This document shows positions 12,935-24,917 of a stretch of 64,000 nucleotides of DNA, piece after piece. Location: assembly GCA_035221665.1 (NCBI GenBank), contig CM069133.1, forward strand, positions 99,696,001 to 99,760,000. Direction: 5' to 3'. How positions within the stretch are numbered: position 1 is the stretch's first letter; every line of letters starts with the position of its first letter. The position numbers and the translations under genes were made by a program. Origin of the DNA: Okamejei kenojei (taxonomy: Eukaryota). Under the pieces are notes generated by a model. That model was not told where the DNA came from. It saw only the letters and a program-made list of their open reading frames with translations, and searched no databases.

Positions 12935-13023
12935 TCAGCCATGATCATATTGAATGGCGGTGCAGGCTCGAAGGGCTGAATGGCCGACTCCTGCACCTAT
13001 TTTCTATGTTTCTATGTTTCTAT
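12935..13023 (+). mobile_element. CR1 3' UTR and tail fragment
   Basis: tcagccatgatcatattgaatggcgg...(TTTCTATG)n. Confidence 0.85.
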
Positions 13024-13684
13024 ATTCCAGCTGCTGGAAATCGGAAATAAAAGAAAGCTCTCGTGGTACTCAGCAGTTCTAGCATTATCTTTGAAGTGAG
13101 AAATCAAGTTAATTGTGCATCAGAACACATTCTGCAGAGGAACTACATGTTCAACAATTGTCAGGTAACCAATTCAGACAAAGCAGATATCCAAAAACAT
13201 AAATGTAAAAAATGAAAAGCGCTGCTATATTCTCTTAAAAACACTATGAGGTCATTTGAAATATCTGTTTGAATATGTCAAGTACAGTTATTACTTGAAT
13301 TAATTTCACCACTATTCTAAGTCAAAGAAATCTCTGGAATTTTCCTCAGGTGGCTCTTTATAGTGTGTATGTCCAGAGAATCATATTTAAACGCATTCAA
13401 ATCTTTCAAGTATAAGATCATGACAATTTCCATCATTAATTGAGAATTTGCATAATACAACAGTCGTAGTCCAATCATAATACAGGTTGACAGATTGTGG
13501 AAAGAATAATTCTTACTCTGTAATTGGTAAATTAATTCTTTATGTGTTGACCTTTCACCCCTCATTAAGCAGAAACAATCATCATCCATACAAACTGTAA
13601 CATATTTACTAATTATCTTAAAATTTGACATTCATTATTATCTTACATTTTGATTCATAAATCAAAACAATATTACAAAAGACA

Positions 13685-14885
13685 TTGTCTAAATAACTTG
13701 ATCGAGTTTTTGAAGAGGTGATAAAGATGATTGATGAAGGTTGTGTGGTGGATGTATGGTATTGGATAAAGTCCCCCATGGTAGGCTGATGCAGAAGATC
13801 AAGGTGCACAGAATTAACAGTGAGTTGGTCGTATGGATTCAGAATGACTTACTGATAGAAGACAGAGGGTTGTAATGATAGGACAATATTCAGGCTAGAG
13901 GTCTGTGACCATTGGAGTTTCACAGTAATCTCTGCTGGAACCACCGCTGTGTGTGATATGTATAAATGAATTGGACGCAAATGTAGACAGGTTGGTTAGT
14001 ACATTTACAAATGACACCAAGGTTGCTGGGGTGGCAGACTGAGAGGAAGGCTGTGAAAGTATACAGCAGGATATAGTTCAGCAACAGAAATGGACAGAGA
14101 ATTGGCAGATAGAGTTTAATCCAAGCAAGTGTGAGGTGCTGTAATTTGGGAGGTTGTATACAAAGAGAAAATATACAATTAATGGCATGACAACAGCATT
14201 GATGTACAGATGGATCTTGGAGTCCAAGTCCATAAGTCTCTGGACGAAACATCAAAGGTAGATAGAGTGGTAAAGAAGGCATATGCTGTGCTTGGTTGGG
14301 GCATTGAGTATAAGATTCAGGAAGTCATGGTGCAGCTTGTCAGGACTTTGGTTGGGCTGCATTTGTAGTATTCTGATTGTCCCATTATAGGAAGGATGTG
14401 GAGGCTTTGGAAAGTGCGCAGCGGAGTCTTACCAGAATGCGGACTGAATTAGCCTGAACAGACTTGGATTGTTTCCCCTGGAATACCAGCAGTTGCAGGG
14501 AGACCTACAGTATTTATATAACCTATAACATGATGAGAGGCATAGATTGGGTGGACAGCCAGAACCTTTTTCCCCAGGATGGAAAAACAAATATCAGAGG
14601 GCATAGCTTTATGATGAGAGGGGTAAAGTTTAAAGGGGATGTTCGGGGCAAGTTTTTACACCAAGGGTGATGAGTGCCTGGAATGTGTTGCTAGGGGTGG
14701 CGGTGAGGCAGATACAATAGTAACATTTAAGAGACTTTTGGATAGGCATATGGATATGGAGGGAATGAAGGGATATGGATTATGGGCAGGCAGACAGGAG
14801 GTGGTCTTGGCATTACGTTCAGCACAGAATTCATGGGCCAAAGGGCCTGTTCTTGTGCTGTGCTGTTCTATGTTCTATGTCCTAT
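13685..14885 (+). mobile_element. Older CR1 LINE remnant (RT to 3' end)
   Basis: Degenerate RT, RGHSFMMRGVKFKGDVRGKF, FKRLLDRHMD, (TTCTATG)n tail. Confidence 0.85.
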
Positions 14886-16424
14886 GTATTAAGTTTTTTG
14901 CTACATTCATTCATTGGGAATTTCTTTCAAGTAGCAACAAGGTGTATTATATTGGAGCTCATATTACTCGCCTAGTAATCAAGAAATGTTAGCTATGGCC
15001 TTGGAAATGATTGCACCCTTTCCTAATAATGTAAACTTAGGCTCTATATCATGTATGGAGTGGAGTGGAACAGCCATCATCCCTCTTGCTCTTGCCTTGG
15101 TCCCTGTGACCTGAGAAGGTTCATTTTTCAAAAGCAAATATAACAAGATGAAAGTGATTGAAAAGAACCCTGTTCATTCTGAAGACTGGGTAAAGTTGAC
15201 CACATGTGTGACTACAAAGGAAGATTTTGTCGTTTTATGATGTTTCGTGTTGAGCAAATGGATAAACTACTTTTGATACAGAAACCTCAGGGATATGGAT
15301 TAACTTCAAACCTTTTGCAGATAGGATACTTCCTTAAATCAACCTATTTATTTAAAATGTGCCTTTCGGGATTACATTTTGTGGCTGCACATAAATCTTT
15401 TGCTTTCATATTACCTGTTGTCCCACTATTGCCTTTAAAGTAAAGACCAGACTTGTGCAGGTCTGCTCCAGCTGAAAGGCACATGTTAACCTCCTGCAGA
15501 TTTTAAAAAGCAATCATAGTAAATTCAAACAGATAAGTACTTTGTGAGGGGCTGCACCATTTTCCTGGTCATATATTCATTAGTACTTAAATAAATGGTC
15601 ATATAGAATAAAGTTTGATGTGTAGTCGCAAACAGCCCAATTACACTAAGGACAGACAGAAGTGTTGGGAAAATCAATTATGTGAACCAGTTCTTGTATA
15701 TGGTTGCCGCAACATCCATATATTGCACTGGATATTCATAACTCACTGTGTAGCCTTTTTGAAAAGGGAATTTATCTCTAACAACTTTGTATCAGAGGGA
15801 GGGTGTTAGGTTATTGTTGCCACCTTCTCAAGTAGAGGAGGATTTGATTTCCTACCTGTGAATCACAGTAAGTGCTCCATAGCCCATGTGTCTTTGGAAA
15901 CCTGCTTGAACTGGTTACTACTTTTACATCTGTAGCAACATTTTGAACGAGGGTATAACTAAACCGCTCCAATTAATCAGAAACTCACAGAAGAGAAAGC
16001 AATTACAACATTGTATTGGCAAAGGTGATGTTGGACATAAGACAATTGAAAGACAGAAAAGGCAATGACTGAATATAACAATGCTCCTCCAGCAATATAA
16101 AACTCTGCATCCAATTAAAGTAGGGACATGCTAGGCTGAAAGGGATGCAATATGGCACTCACCTGGTCCATTCTGCACCCTTGCTTTAGGATATTTATTA
16201 AATGAGTTTCAACTAGCCTGAAAGTGTCATCACGCAGATGGCAAGTTTAAATGTGAAACTTGAGTCCAATAACAATATTCAAACTGGTGCTCAATTCCAT
16301 CCCTCACTGGTGCAAATTGAGTTTGGTGCCAACTAAACAATGGAAACTGCCAAGAAACACATCCGGGACCAGGGAGATCACGGTAGATATGCTTCAAATG
16401 TTGTTATGTGTTCCTTTGTGGGCC

Positions 16425-16705
16425 TGAGATTTACACAGATGTGCCATAGAAAGCATTTCATTGGGATACATCACAGCATGGTTTGGGAACAGCTCCATCC
16501 AAGACCGCAAGAAATTGCAGAGAATTGTGATGCAGCCCAGACCAGCCCAGACGCAAACCAACTTCCCTTTCATTGACTCCATCTGCACTTCATGCTGGCT
16601 CGGCAAGGCCACCAGCATACTCATTTATGAGTCTCACCCGGTCACTTCCTCTTCACCCCTCTCCCATCAGGCAAGAGATACAGATGTGTGAAAATGCATA
16701 CCTTC
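16425..16705 (+). mobile_element. Rex1/Babar LINE 3' fragment
   Basis: ITAWFGNSSIQDRKKLQRIV; similar to 62770-63600. Confidence 0.75.
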
Positions 16706-16978
16706 AGTGCCCACTGAAATTCTTAACAAGCAGTAGCATTTTGCTTATTCATGTAAATAAGTATTTACGAGGAAGTCTATTTGGTCTATCTGACTTTGTG
16801 CATCAAGAAAGACTGACACTGCCAGTGTACCACATCGACTGTACAGTTTGACAGTGATACTAGATAACACGGTATTCTGAATTATTGTGCATCACACAGA
16901 ATAATTAAGTGTATGTTACAATGCTTTTGCACTTTTGAGAGGTTCAAATTACATTGAGTTTGGTGCCAACTAAACAAT

Positions 16979-17620
16979 TACGCTGCTCCAGATGCCAGAT
17001 GATCTATATCGGTGAGACCAAGCGGAGGCTTGGCGATCGCTTCGCCGAACACCTCCGCTCGGTCCGCAATAACCAACCCGACCTCCCGGTGGCTCAGCAC
17101 TTCAACTCCCCCTCCATTCCACATCCGACCTCTCGGTCCTGGGCCTCCTCCACGGCCAGAGTGAGCAACACCGCAAGCTGGAGGAACAGCACCTCATATT
17201 CCGCTTGGGGAGTCTGCATCCTTTGGGCTTGAATATTGAATTTTTATCAATTCTGTTAACCCTTGCTGTCTCCTCCCCTTCCCACCTCTCCCTCAGCCCT
17301 CGGGCCCTGACATTCCCTCTATCTCTATCTCCCTCCCCCACCCCAGTCGCACCAGCTTCTCATTTTCACACCACAAACAGCTTACAATGGCTTGTTCCCT
17401 TTATCACCGATACTTTTTTGCATATCTTTCACTCATTGTTCCTTATCTCTCCACATCACCGTCTATATCTCTCGTTTCCCTGATCCCTGACCAGTCTGAA
17501 GAAGGGTCTCGACCCGAAACGTCGCCTATCTCCTTCGCTCCTTAATGCTGCTGCACCCGCTGAGTTTCTCCAGCTTTTTGTGTTCCCTCGATTCTCCAGC
17601 ATCTGCAGTTCCTTCTTTAA
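16979..17620 (+). mobile_element. Penelope-like element, 5'-truncated (GIY-YIG C-terminus plus pseudo-LTR)
   Basis: RCSRCQMIYIGETKRRLGDRFAEHLRSV...VAQHFN; pLTR 17493-17620; flanked by taaacaat at 16971-16978 and 17618-17625. Confidence 0.9.
17493..17527 (+). ncRNA. Minimal type I hammerhead ribozyme motif in Penelope pLTR
   Basis: CUGAAGA-A-GGGU(CUCG)ACCC-GAAAC-GUC: core, stem II and palindromic ACGU in place of stem III. Confidence 0.75.
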
Positions 17621-18867
17621 ACAATGGAAACTGATTAAATTTGACACCTTGAATACTTTTATAGTCATCTCACCTTTGTGTGAATGTGATAGCCTTGTAA
17701 TGCATGATTTGGAGCAAATGTTGCTTGAGTTAAAATTGATATTGCTCATTCTATTAAAGGTTGATTAGTGCTTTTTTGCATTCCTAGGTGATGCAGCTTC
17801 CTTCACCTATCATTGTTAAACATCTGGATTGATAAGGCAGGAAATAGAGAGCCAAATGCTGTAATAGCAAATTTGTTCTTGTTGTATGGGTGATTTACAT
17901 TATGCTTTGAAGATGCTCAAGTTCATTCTTCACGTTATACACAGTTATGCAAACCTGTCAAAAAAGACATCAGACGTTTGTGTGCAAAATGCATTTCAGA
18001 ACAGGATAATTTTATTTAAATATCACCTAAGGTATTTTCCTTCATCAAAAGAAGGTGCATCTGCAAAATAGATTGATATTATACACTGTTTTTTTCTTCA
18101 TTAAGCCCGAACCTGCTTCCCACTCTCATTTGCATGCTTTGCAATTACAGGCTTCCATTTTCTGGATCTGGTAATACCAATCTATTACGAAAGCTACTCG
18201 AATGCAAAATGGTGATTTTTTTTTAAAGTTTGTTTTTGGACATATGAACATCACTGCAAACCCACCATTTATTGCCCATCACTAACTACCCTTAGAAGAT
18301 GGGAGATAATCGACTTTATTGAACAGTTGCAGTCCTTCTGTTTAAGCTACTCCACATTGTTGTTAGGGAGGGAGTTCCAGAATTTAGACTCCGTGCCAGT
18401 GGTAAATGGTGATTAAATTTTAAGACAGGATGTGGTATGTATTGGAGAGGAATCCATTGGTGGTGTTTCTGTGACTTGAAGCTTCTTAATGGGGAGGTAC
18501 TAGGTTTGGTAAGTGCTATCAGCATCACTGTTCATTTTATAGATTGTATGCATTGTTGCCAATCTGCACTCGTGATGAGGGAATTAATATTTAACTTGGT
18601 AAATGGGGGGGGGGGGGGGTGGATGAAACTGTCTGCTTGTGTCTAGATGGTGTCACATTTCTTGTGTATTATTGGAAATACACTCCTCCAGGCAATTGGA
18701 GAGTATTGCACCATTCCCCTGACTTGTACATTTTGGTTAATAGACTTGCTCTTGTAACAAAAGTTATGTCACTGGACCAGTTGAATTCCTGTTCATTGGA
18801 ACCACCAAGATGTTGATGTTGTCAGAGTTGGCAATGGTAATGCCACTAAATGCCAGATATTGGTGAT

Positions 18868-18927
18868 TTTATTTCGGAGTCACGTGAGTGACTTCGTGAA
18901 GACCCCGCCAGCACGCATGCGCGACAT
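18868..18927 (+). repeat. DIRS left terminal repeat
   Basis: 18893-18927 is the inverse of 23901-23935; 18868-18898 is complementary to ICR 23680-23709. Confidence 0.92.
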
Positions 18928-19041
18928 ATCGTCGTGCGCATTTGCCTCGACAAGCTGGGGGGGGGGGGGGGGAGTGCGCTCACTCCACCAGCTCCTTCAG
19001 AAGGCCGTCAGGTAAGTCCACTAACCTTTACTTCGTACAGG

Positions 19042-20623
19042 ATGGACGCCAAAGGCAAACGGAAGGCGACACTCTCCAGGAGCCGCGGGGCATCAACAAG
19101 CCAGCGGCCTCTTTCACCGGAGCTGCAAGCACCACCGGCAGCATCCGGACGGTCGGGGGGAAGAGTGCGGAAGTCGGGCGCTTCCGTTACACCAGCGCCC
19201 GACTTATCACCTGAATGGCTGACCGCACAGGAGCTGGATATTACCAACCCAGACTTCGTGCTCCCATCCCCCAGGAAGCGGGGGAGCAGACAGGTACGTG
19301 GACAGGAGCCTCGCTCGTCGCCAGCGACCTCACCCCGAGTTGCAGTGGATCCACGGGGACCAGGCCGGGGAACGGCTGCGCTACAGGGGAGCCCCGCAGC
19401 CGCAGCACGCCATGTACAGCCGCCGGGGATATCTGCCGTAGGGCAGTCTGGCAGAGCTACTGCTGTGTCGAGCAGCCCTGCAGGAGCAGGTGCTGTCGGC
19501 ATAACACCTCGTCAGGCTGCGGTCAAGGGCACTGGTGGCAGCAGTAAACGGTCGGTTAGCTTAGTTCTGGCAGCTGCCGACCATGCACCTCCACGCAGAA
19601 CATTGGGCGACAGTGGAGGTAAGCCTGCATGGACTCTGGGGAGCCAGGTTCCGGGGGCCGGCGCCGATTCATCTCCACTGCCTTCCTACCAGGCAGGTGG
19701 GCCGCCACAGTCCGCTCGAAGGCCGACTAGCGGAGAGTCCGTGCGGGAGTCGTATGAGCCTACAGAGGCGGTAGGCCACGACAACCTGCCTTCGGAGCCT
19801 AGTCTGCATCTTACAGTAGGTGTGGTCCGTTGGTGGAAGCCCCAGAGAATTTGCAGAGCCTGGGGAAGTCGGCTTGTCCGCCGCGAGTAGCGGGGACGGT
19901 CGCATTGAGCGGTTGGAGCTCTTGGTGAGGCAACTCCTCCAGCGGGACAGGGACCGGGAAGCCAAGAGTGCCAGTAGTTGTCCGGCCGCTGCCTTCGAAG
20001 AGGACCTGGGACTGCCGGAGACCGCAGAGCCAGAGCACGTGGAGGACATGGCTGGACGTGGTGGGTAAATTTTGCCACGGCCACACACCACTGGGGAGCC
20101 CCTGCACCACAAACTGGCGGGGCACCATTAATTACTGACCACTCACCAGCTTCAGGGTCACGTCCTCGATGGGGATAATGTGTCCAGCGAGCAGCAGGAT
20201 GCCCTGGCACTTTTATGCAACGCCCAGTTTGAAATCAACTGCCTGCGCAAGAGCTCCATCCGGCCCACTCTCAACCCGAAATTTGCGGGGTTGTGCCATC
20301 CCTCCACCACTCCACCACCTCATCAACTGTTTGGGAAAGATCTCTCCAAGCAAGTCAAAGAACTCGACGAGGAGGCCAAAACTGTGGGCCTTATGAAATC
20401 TCCTCCGGCAAAACCACACCCATATCACCGTCAACAACCACACACTACTTGGAAGCAGCGCCAGCCGGATAGGGCACCAAGGACCTGTCACCCTCCACTT
20501 CCCCAACCACAGCGGCCTTTTTTAGGGCAAGGCCTGCAGCGGCCCGCATGGAAGATGCGGCTGCCATCCCGACAACCACCGCAACGTCCCCCCAAAACGC
20601 CATACGCCAGGACCCGCCGCTAA
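19042..20623 (+). pseudogene. DIRS ORF1 (gag-like), frameshifted
   Basis: ATG at 19042; low-complexity N-terminus; C-terminal QDALALLCNAQFEINCLRKSSIRPTLNPKFAGLC...LFGKDLSKQVKEL in ORF 20180-20623; split across frames. Confidence 0.75.
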
Positions 20624-20625
20624 CC

Positions 20626-22500
20626 ATGGAGGTAAGGGGGTCTGGTTCCTCCTAGGCAGTAGCATTTCTTCCTGCACAAGTCGGGGGACAGTTGCGGGCA
20701 TTTAGGGGAGCTTGGGATACTATCACCATTGATGCGTTTATTCTACAAAGTGTTCAAGGTTATGTCATAGAATTCATTGATGGTCAACTTCCCCTACCCA
20801 GCATGCACTCAGCGAAAATGTACACTCTCTCAAAATGAGATAGAGGCAGGACATACTGAAATCTTACGGCTTGCAGCCAAAGGGGTGATTGGCAAAACGA
20901 CGGACGAACCACTTGAGTTTGTGTCCAACATCTTCACAAAAACCAAAAAAGATGGGTGGTGTTGGATTATCATAGACCTAACCAAGTTGAACACTTTTGT
21001 ACAATATACCCATTTTAAAATGGATACCTTCTAAACAGCTAAGCAAATGGTTTACCCGGGGTACTTTATGGCCTGTATCGATTTAAAAGATGCATTCTCT
21101 ACAGTTCCCATCACAGAATCGCACAGAAAGTTCCTGAAATTTGTCTGGAAAGGACAGTTGTGGCAATACAAAGCATTACCTAATGGGCTCACTACAGCCC
21201 CCCAGACTATTTACCAAATTAGTGAAACCTAAATTGGCCCTCCTCCGACAACAAAATTATATCGTCATGGCGTATTTAGATGATATCCTTATCGTGGGTC
21301 AGACCCTCTAATTGGCTACACTGGCAGTTACAGCGACCAAATCTTTATTCGAGAAGCTAGGGTTTGTAACCCATCCAGACAAATCCAACTGCACCCCTCT
21401 CATATTATGTATTACCTGGGTTTCACCCTTGACACAACCTTAATGGTGATGACTATCCCGACCAACAAAGCTACCGCCATAAAAGAAGTGTGCCACAGCC
21501 TTGCTTGTGCCAGGGTTCTGACTATCCGGCAAACGGCAAAGGTGATTGGGAAGCTGGTAGCTACATTCTCAGCTGCGCAATTCGGACCGTTACATTACCA
21601 AAATTTACAAAGAGCAAAGATCGCAGCATTAAAAGCAAATGCTGGGCACTTTGATCGACCAATCCGGTTGCCACAACAGGCTACAACTGAGCTGCAATGG
21701 TGGATTGACAATATTAGTGAGTGTCACAGACCCATCATTGTTAGCAACCCATCCATTGTGCTACAGACTGACGCAAGCGCACAAGACTGGGGTGCAACTG
21801 ACACCATGTCCAGTTGTGGTGGCAGATGGCACTCTCACGAGTCTACCCTCCTCCAGACACAAGGGATAAATAATCTGGAGATGTTAGGGGCTTTCCATGG
21901 ACTACAGGCTTACTGTACTAACTCACGGGACTTACATGTCCACCTCCAAATAGATAACACAATGGTGGTGGCTTATATCTATCATATGGGTGGTATCAGG
22001 TCATTATCTTGTGATGAATTGGCAAACACAATTTGGCACTGGTGCATCGAGAGAAATATTTGGAACACAGCGACCTATTTGCCAGGGAAGCTCAATACAG
22101 TGGCGGACACCAGGTCACGTGTTCAATGACAACATCGAGTGTTGAACCCCCAAAATATTGCTGATATTATAGCTCACTATGGGACACCAGATATTGACCT
22201 CTTTGCGTCCAGGTTGAACCATCAGATACCAACATATGTGTCTTGGGAACCAGACCGTGGGGCAGTAGCTATGGATGCTTTTTCTATCCATTGGGGGAAA
22301 TGGTTTTGCTACGCATTTCCCCCATTCTGCCTCATCAGTGGGTATTGCAGAAAGTTTCAAAACTGGATTCTGCAACTGGCATTTTGACATCCCGACTGGC
22401 CTACACAACCTGGTACCCGATGGTCTTCAAAATCTTGAAATATCCATGGCTTTAGTCTGATTGGTAAACAAACCCAAATTAATTACTAACCCCATTACGG
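20626..22500 (+). pseudogene. DIRS ORF2 pol: reverse transcriptase, RNase H and Dam-like methyltransferase domain, disrupted
   Basis: VGGQLRAF...GYVIEF; IDLKDAF; LPNGL; YLDDILI near 21273; TDASAQDWG, NLEM, IDN, NTVAD; PDIDLFAS...YAFPPF; several stops and frameshifts. Confidence 0.92.
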
Positions 22501-22546
22501 GGGACAGTCACCCGTGCCATGGTCACCTAAACATGTTGGCCTGCAG

Positions 22547-23503
22547 GTTCTAAAGAGGCTGCTCGTCAATGCCGGCATATCACCACGAGCCATGGACCTC
22601 ATCTCAGCATCATGCCGAGCATCAACCAGGAGGCAGTACCTCACACAGATCAGGAAGTGGGAGGCATTCTGCTCCCGTACCAACACGACCTCCAACTCGG
22701 CAACAATCCCTGATGTCCTGGAATTCCTAGCGGGCCTTCATTTCGATGCTGGCCTTAGCTACAGTGCCATCAACAGCGCCAGGAGTGCACTGTCCTCATA
22801 CCTGGACATAGGTATAGGCTCCAACCACCTGGTGTCTAAATTCATGAGGGGAGTGTTTAACACCAACCCTCCACGGCCCAGATACAACTTCACCTGGGAC
22901 GTAGGGATCGTTCTGACCCTACTGAGGAGCTGGTCCGAGTTACCACTCAAACAGCTCACCCTCAAAGTGGTGATGCTGATGGCACTGACTACAGCTCAAC
23001 GAGTCCAGGCATTACAAAAGCTGCGGCTGGATAGCATGGTCTCCATCCCTACACAGGTGACTTTCTTTGTCCAGGACCTATTGAAGCAGCACAGACCTGG
23101 GGCTCATGGGCTGCAATTGGAGTTTCGGGCGTACCCCACTGATGCCACCCTTTGCATAGTCACCCATCTCCACCTCTACATCCGCACTACACGAACCATC
23201 AGGAAGATGGAGCAGGGGCCTCCTCATCAGCCACAAACCTCCGCATCACCGGGTGACTGTGCAGGACTATCGCCAGGGTGGCTCAGGGCGGGTTGGGTGC
23301 AGCAGGAGTCGCTACTAACATTTTTATATCTCACTCTACTTAGGGCTGCATCCACATCAGCGGCGAGGGCCATGGAGGTGCCCATAGACCACAGCCTCGC
23401 CACCGCTGGCTGGGCTAGTGAAGCAACCTTCCAAAGGTTCTACAACAAACCACTGGTCGCCCACACAACATTCGCAGAAGCCGTGCTGGGAGCCGCTCAG
23501 TGA
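22547..23503 (+). pseudogene. DIRS ORF3 tyrosine recombinase (compensating frameshifts in the C-terminal part)
   Basis: STRRQY...W..F, LSYSAINSARSALS, PRPRYNFTWDV, TAQRVQAL (catalytic R), frameshifted H-S-T-R near 23332-23344, AGW, FQRFY. Confidence 0.9.
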
Positions 23504-23679
23504 ATGTTTGTCCCCGGGTTTCGGGGTTATTTGTTTGTTATTATTTGTGCAATAAATATTGCATTATTTTTCAGCCTGTTCCGACTGAACTGCATTAACA
23601 GCCTTCCTCCATCAGGATTGCGGCAGTATGATATGCATGGACGTTGTCCAGGGCGTGAAATCACAGAGCTTTGAAAATT

Positions 23680-23791
23680 TTCACGGTCACTCACGTGACT
23701 CTGAATAAACATAGTAAGATTTAAACGAGAAACTTACCAAGTTCGAAGGTTGATATTTATTTTATGAGGAGTTGCGGTGAGGGATTTCGTG
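23680..23791 (+). repeat. DIRS internal complementary region (ICR)
   Basis: 23680-23709 is complementary to the left end and 23711-23791 to the right end 23930-24008. Confidence 0.92.
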
Positions 23792-23900
23792 CCCTCCGCT
23801 CCCACCCTCTATCATAAGGTCAACTGGTATGCTCTACATTCTTAATCTTACTATTTTCAGTCATGGTGCGTTCTGTGATTCCACACCGCTGCTTTGAAGG

Positions 23901-24008
23901 ATGTCGCGCATGCGTGCTGGCGGGGTCTTCACGAAATCCCTCACCACAACTCCTCATAAAATAAAGATCAACCTTCGAACTTGGTAAGTTCTCGTTTAAT
24001 CTTACTAT
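23901..24008 (+). repeat. DIRS right terminal repeat plus 3' extension
   Basis: 35-bp ITR followed by a ~73-bp extension mirrored in the ICR. Confidence 0.92.
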
Positions 24009-24917
24009 TAAACTCCCTCTATTGAGATGGTCATTACCTGGCACTTTTGTTGCAGGTATGTTACTTGGTGTTTATCAGTTCATGGCATGAATGTAGGCGA
24101 GTTCTAGTTCCCTATAGGCATGGACTACAACATTTGCTGAGGAGTTTTCAGATTAGGGATTGATCACAGCACAATCATCATGAACATCCCCATCTCTGAA
24201 CCAAGATGCTTCTCCGTGGCAGGACATTAAGTGATGAGGGGAGGAATATGAATCAAGGAATGCCCATTGAACAGCTCCAACAGTCTTTGACAGGTAGATA
24301 AGCTGCAAGTATCAGATTTTAAAGATTGTAGTGTTTCTGACATTTGAAAACTATTTCAAATGTCAAACTAATATCAAATACTGTACATAGACAAGTAAAA
24401 TTTAAGTCACTTAAAATATTTTAAACTATTAATACAAACTCAATTAATTCAAAATGATAAATATGTTCTTAAGGTTGAATGTCTGTGGCAATCCTCTCTA
24501 TTTAGATGAAAGGTCTCAAACCTGCAGCATGTTCACACTCCACTGCAGCGTTCCATGTGGTTTCATGGAGAATTACAGGTGGGAATTGGCAATAGGGTTC
24601 ATCCAGCAAGGTTGGTACTTCCACGTTCAAATAGGAATCTTATATCTCCTGACATGTGCTTGCATGTGTATGTGGGGAAGGGGGGCATGACGCATTGGGT
24701 GAGTTTGTGCTGGAATAGATACAACACATCATTTCAGAAGTGACAGCATTTTTGTAAAGCATGAAACTTTGAATCCATTTATGTTGGCTTCAAATTTGTA
24801 TTGACCATGGTCACGAAGTATTCCTAATGGTCTTCTGAAATGAGAGGTACAATACCAGCCCAAATTAGGACTTTGGGGCTCAGCAGGATAATCTGGGCAG
24901 TTCTGTCCTTCTTGAAA

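Larger units (their letters stand above)
18868..24008 (+). mobile_element. DIRS1-like tyrosine-recombinase retrotransposon, full length, inactivated
   Basis: Perfect 35-bp ITR (18893-18927 / 23901-23935); ICR at 23680-23791; gag, RT-RNase H-MT and YR coding regions in order. Confidence 0.96.
18225..24290 (-). mobile_element. Old CR1/L2-group LINE remnant split by the DIRS insertion (18225-18867 and 24009-24290)
   Basis: The two flanks join as ...ggtgat|taaactccctctattgagatggtcattacctggcac, resembling the reverse complement of 2925-2990. Confidence 0.6.

Noticed and set aside
19008-20210. Long antisense ORFs in the DIRS gag region
   Set aside because: Shadow frames of GC-rich coding sequence with no recognisable motifs
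22514-23503. Phage integrase or bacterial contamination (YR next to a methyltransferase)
   Set aside because: Both domains are normal parts of DIRS1 elements and sit between DIRS termini inside a vertebrate LINE
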